Shown one piece after another: positions 61,722 to 64,000 of a DNA stretch of 64,000 bases. Both the position numbers and the translations under genes were made by a program. The stretch is taken from NCBI RefSeq assembly GCF_031769215.1, contig NW_026781864.1, forward strand, positions 310,001 to 374,000, written 5' to 3'. Source of the DNA: Ylistrum balloti. Its lineage: Eukaryota. The notes below the pieces were generated by a model that was given only the letters and a program-made list of their open reading frames with translations, had not been told where the DNA came from and ran no database searches. Position 1 is the first letter of the stretch. Every line of letters starts with the position of its first letter.

Positions 61722-62150
61722 TAAGGAAAGGAGGTGTGGTCAGTGGGAGGGGTTAAGGAAAGGAGGTGTGGTCAGTGGGAGGGGTTAAGGTAAGGATAAT
61801 GTTGTAAGTGGGAGGGGTTAAGGAAAGCATAGTGTGGTTATTGGGAGGGGTTAAGGAAAGGATATTGTTGTCACTGGGAGGGGTTAAGGAGAGGAAAATG
61901 TTGTAAGTGGGAGGGGTTAAGGAAAGGATAGTGTGGTCAGTGGGAGGGGTTAAGGAAAGGACAGTGTTGTCAGTGGGAGGGGTTAAGGAAAGGATAGTGT
62001 GGTCAGTGGGAAGGGTTAAGGAAAGGATATTGTGATCAGTGGGAGGGGTTAAGGAAAGGATAGTGTGGTCAGTGGGAGGGGTTAAGGAAAGGATAGTGTT
62101 GTCAGTGGGAGGGGTTAAGGAAAGGATATTGTGGTCAGTGGGAGATGGAA
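61722..62150. repeat. 33-bp G-rich minisatellite, about 13 copies
   Basis: GTGGGAGGGGTTAAGGAAAGGATAGTGTGGTCA repeated. Confidence 0.95.
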
Positions 62151-62364
62151 AGGGCAGTTGTAGAACAATTATCCTAGAGAAAATGGAGAAATCTTTGAAG
62201 GAGAAAAGAACAAAAGAACAGAGAGAGAAAACATTTGTATATTGGAAAATGGAAGCTCTTAGGTCGAGTAGGAGGAAGAAAGAACAATTATAACAGAATC
62301 TTTTACAAGGCAGAGCGGGGATATGAGACCTTTCCCTGAGCATTGGAAATGGGCTACCCATGGA

Positions 62365-62625
62365 TGAGGGAAAATACACAAGTGAGGAGAATGGGCTACT
62401 CTTTGGAAAGGTGAAATACAACTGGGGAGAATAGGTAACTCTTTGGTAAGGTGAAATACACACAAGTGGGGTGAATGGGCTACTCTTTGGTAAGGTGAAA
62501 TACACAAAAGTGGGGATAATGCGCTACTCTTTGGTAAGGTGAAATACACACAAGTGGGGAGAATTGTCTACTGTTGGATAAGGTGAAATACAAGTGGGAA
62601 AAATGGGCTAACGTTTGGTACAAGG
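62365..62625. repeat. Approximately 44-bp tandem repeat, 5-6 copies
   Basis: ACTCTTTGGTAAGGTGAAATACA at 62438, 62482 and 62526. Confidence 0.9.
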
Positions 62626-62671
62626 GAATACAGGAAGTAGGGAGAGAAGGGCTATCTAATCATTTACTTAC

Positions 62672-62728
62672 CTTACTTATAAAGCACCATAGGGCTCCTC
62701 TGCTGATTAAGTCCACAATAACATCAAA
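62672..62728 (-). CDS. CDP-alcohol phosphatidyltransferase-family protein exon (FDVIVDLISRGALWCFISK)
   Basis: Acceptor TATCTCTACAG| and donor AAG|GTAAGT; 57 nt, phase 0-0. DVIVD fits the final D-x3-D of the CDP-alcohol phosphotransferase motif. The upstream exons lie beyond the window. Confidence 0.8.
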
Positions 62729-62833
62729 CTGTAGAGATAAGATCGTATCAACTTTTCAAGTAATTCCAAAAATGAATCGGGTAGCTTTGACCCATTAAAT
62801 TAGGTCATGGTGACCTTAATTGTGTATTAAGTA

Positions 62834-64000
62834 ACAAGAGATCCCAGAGGGATCTTGGCGCCCACCATTTGTGGATCTGTTTTCAGTTCTTGAAGATTTA
62901 TTTTTTTTTGTTACAGGTTTTGTAAATGTTCATGAATTGGTCTTCATTGAATGTACTCAATGATGGCACAAGATATTTTTATTAAGCACCTATTAGAAAA
63001 TATCATTTGAAAAAGATCCCAAAGTATTATTAGATAGCAGTCAGTTACAGGTGGATAACGGACATGGTCTTGAATCAATATGATAGAATATCAAAGAAAA
63101 TATGCTTGTGCTGTATTACTGTCGACATCCAAGATGGCTGCGTGTGGGCCAACTTGATTTCAAATCAGTCAAAAAAAAGTACAATGCACAACTAGTGACC
63201 AAGGGAAACCAATACCTATGAAATATCAGAAGTATCCATCCAGTACTTCCTCAGAAATAGCAGTAACAAGATTTTAATCTCAAAATCCAAGATGGCTACT
63301 TGTCAGCCATCTTGATTTCAGATCAGTCCAAAAAGGTACAATGCACAACTAGGGACCAAGGGGAACCTGCATATGAAATTTGAGAAAGATCCATCCAGCA
63401 CTTTCCCAGAAATAGCGGTAACAAACTTTTACTTCCAAAATCCAAGATGGCTGCCTGTCAGCCATATTGAATTTGAATCAGTCCAAAAAAGGTACAGCGC
63501 ACAACTAGGGACCAAGGGGAACCTGCATATGAAATTTGAGAAAGATCCATCCAGCACTTTCCCAGAAATAGCGGTAACAAACTTTTACTTCCAAAATCCA
63601 AGATGGCTGCCTGTCGGCCATCTTGAATTCGAATCAGTCCAAAAAAGGTACAATGCACAACTAGGGACCAAGGGGAAACTGCATATGAAATTTGAGAAAG
63701 ATCCATCCAGTACTTTCCCAGAAATAGCGGTAACAAACTTTTACTTCCAAAATCCAAGATGGCCGCCTGTCAGCCATATTGAATTTGAATCAGTCCAAAA
63801 AAGGTACAATTCACAACTAGGGACCGAGGAGAACCTGCATATGAAATTTCAAAAAGATCCATCCAGTACTTTCCCAAAAATGGCGGTAACAAACTTTTAC
63901 TTCCAAAATCCAAGATGGCTGCCTGTCGGCCATCTTGAATTCAAATCAGTCCAGAAAAGCTATAATACACAACTAGGGACCAAGGGGAAACTGCATATGA
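62834..64000 (-). mobile_element. Pearl/HINE-like element carrying a 156-bp core-repeat array, truncated by the window end
   Basis: Terminal hairpin AACAAGAGATCCCAGAGGGATCTTG. TCCAAGATGG anchors at 63128, 63286, 63441, 63597, 63753 and 63909 give a 155-158-bp period. Confidence 0.8.

Noticed and set aside
685-64000. CRISPR arrays
   Set aside because: All arrays are head-to-tail repeats without unique spacers. The DNA is intron-containing and eukaryotic, and no cas genes are present.

Overview
This is AT-rich eukaryotic (bilaterian) genomic DNA. The repeat families suggest a bivalve mollusc, which is an inference. It is not prokaryotic: there are no operons, CRISPR arrays or rRNA genes. Three spliced genes were reconstructed by hand. 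(1) + strand, 15507-37509: the 3' part of an Srrm2/3/4 (Srrm234) splicing-factor gene. It has six RS-rich exons and ends in a clear eMIC (enhancer of microexons, SRRM_C) domain, RRRKGSPSHLEKRRITS|ARKRPVPYYRP. No cwf21-domain exons are visible in the window. (2) + strand, 43732-53078: a complete six-exon CENP-M gene (555-nt CDS, 184 aa) whose P-loop GSEGVGKH is nearly intact. (3) - strand, 62728-58723: the last four exons of an uncharacterised CDP-alcohol phosphatidyltransferase-family membrane protein, convergent with CENP-M. Introns and intergenic DNA hold more than 20 minisatellites, which explain nearly all long ORFs in the supplied track. They also hold many Helentron-associated (HINE/pearl-like) non-autonomous elements, a piggyBac-like MITE, tRNA-derived SINE copies, and a 5'-truncated Penelope-like element with a minimal hammerhead ribozyme inserted in the CENP-M exon-2 splice donor. 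The most interesting leads are a possible polyadenylation switch inside the eMIC domain, candidate UGC-type microexons in the microexon regulator itself, the CENP-M P-loop, the ribozyme-bearing retroelement, and inverted repeats flanking CENP-M exon 3. Exon coordinates were counted by hand. Repeat boundaries and copy numbers are approximate.
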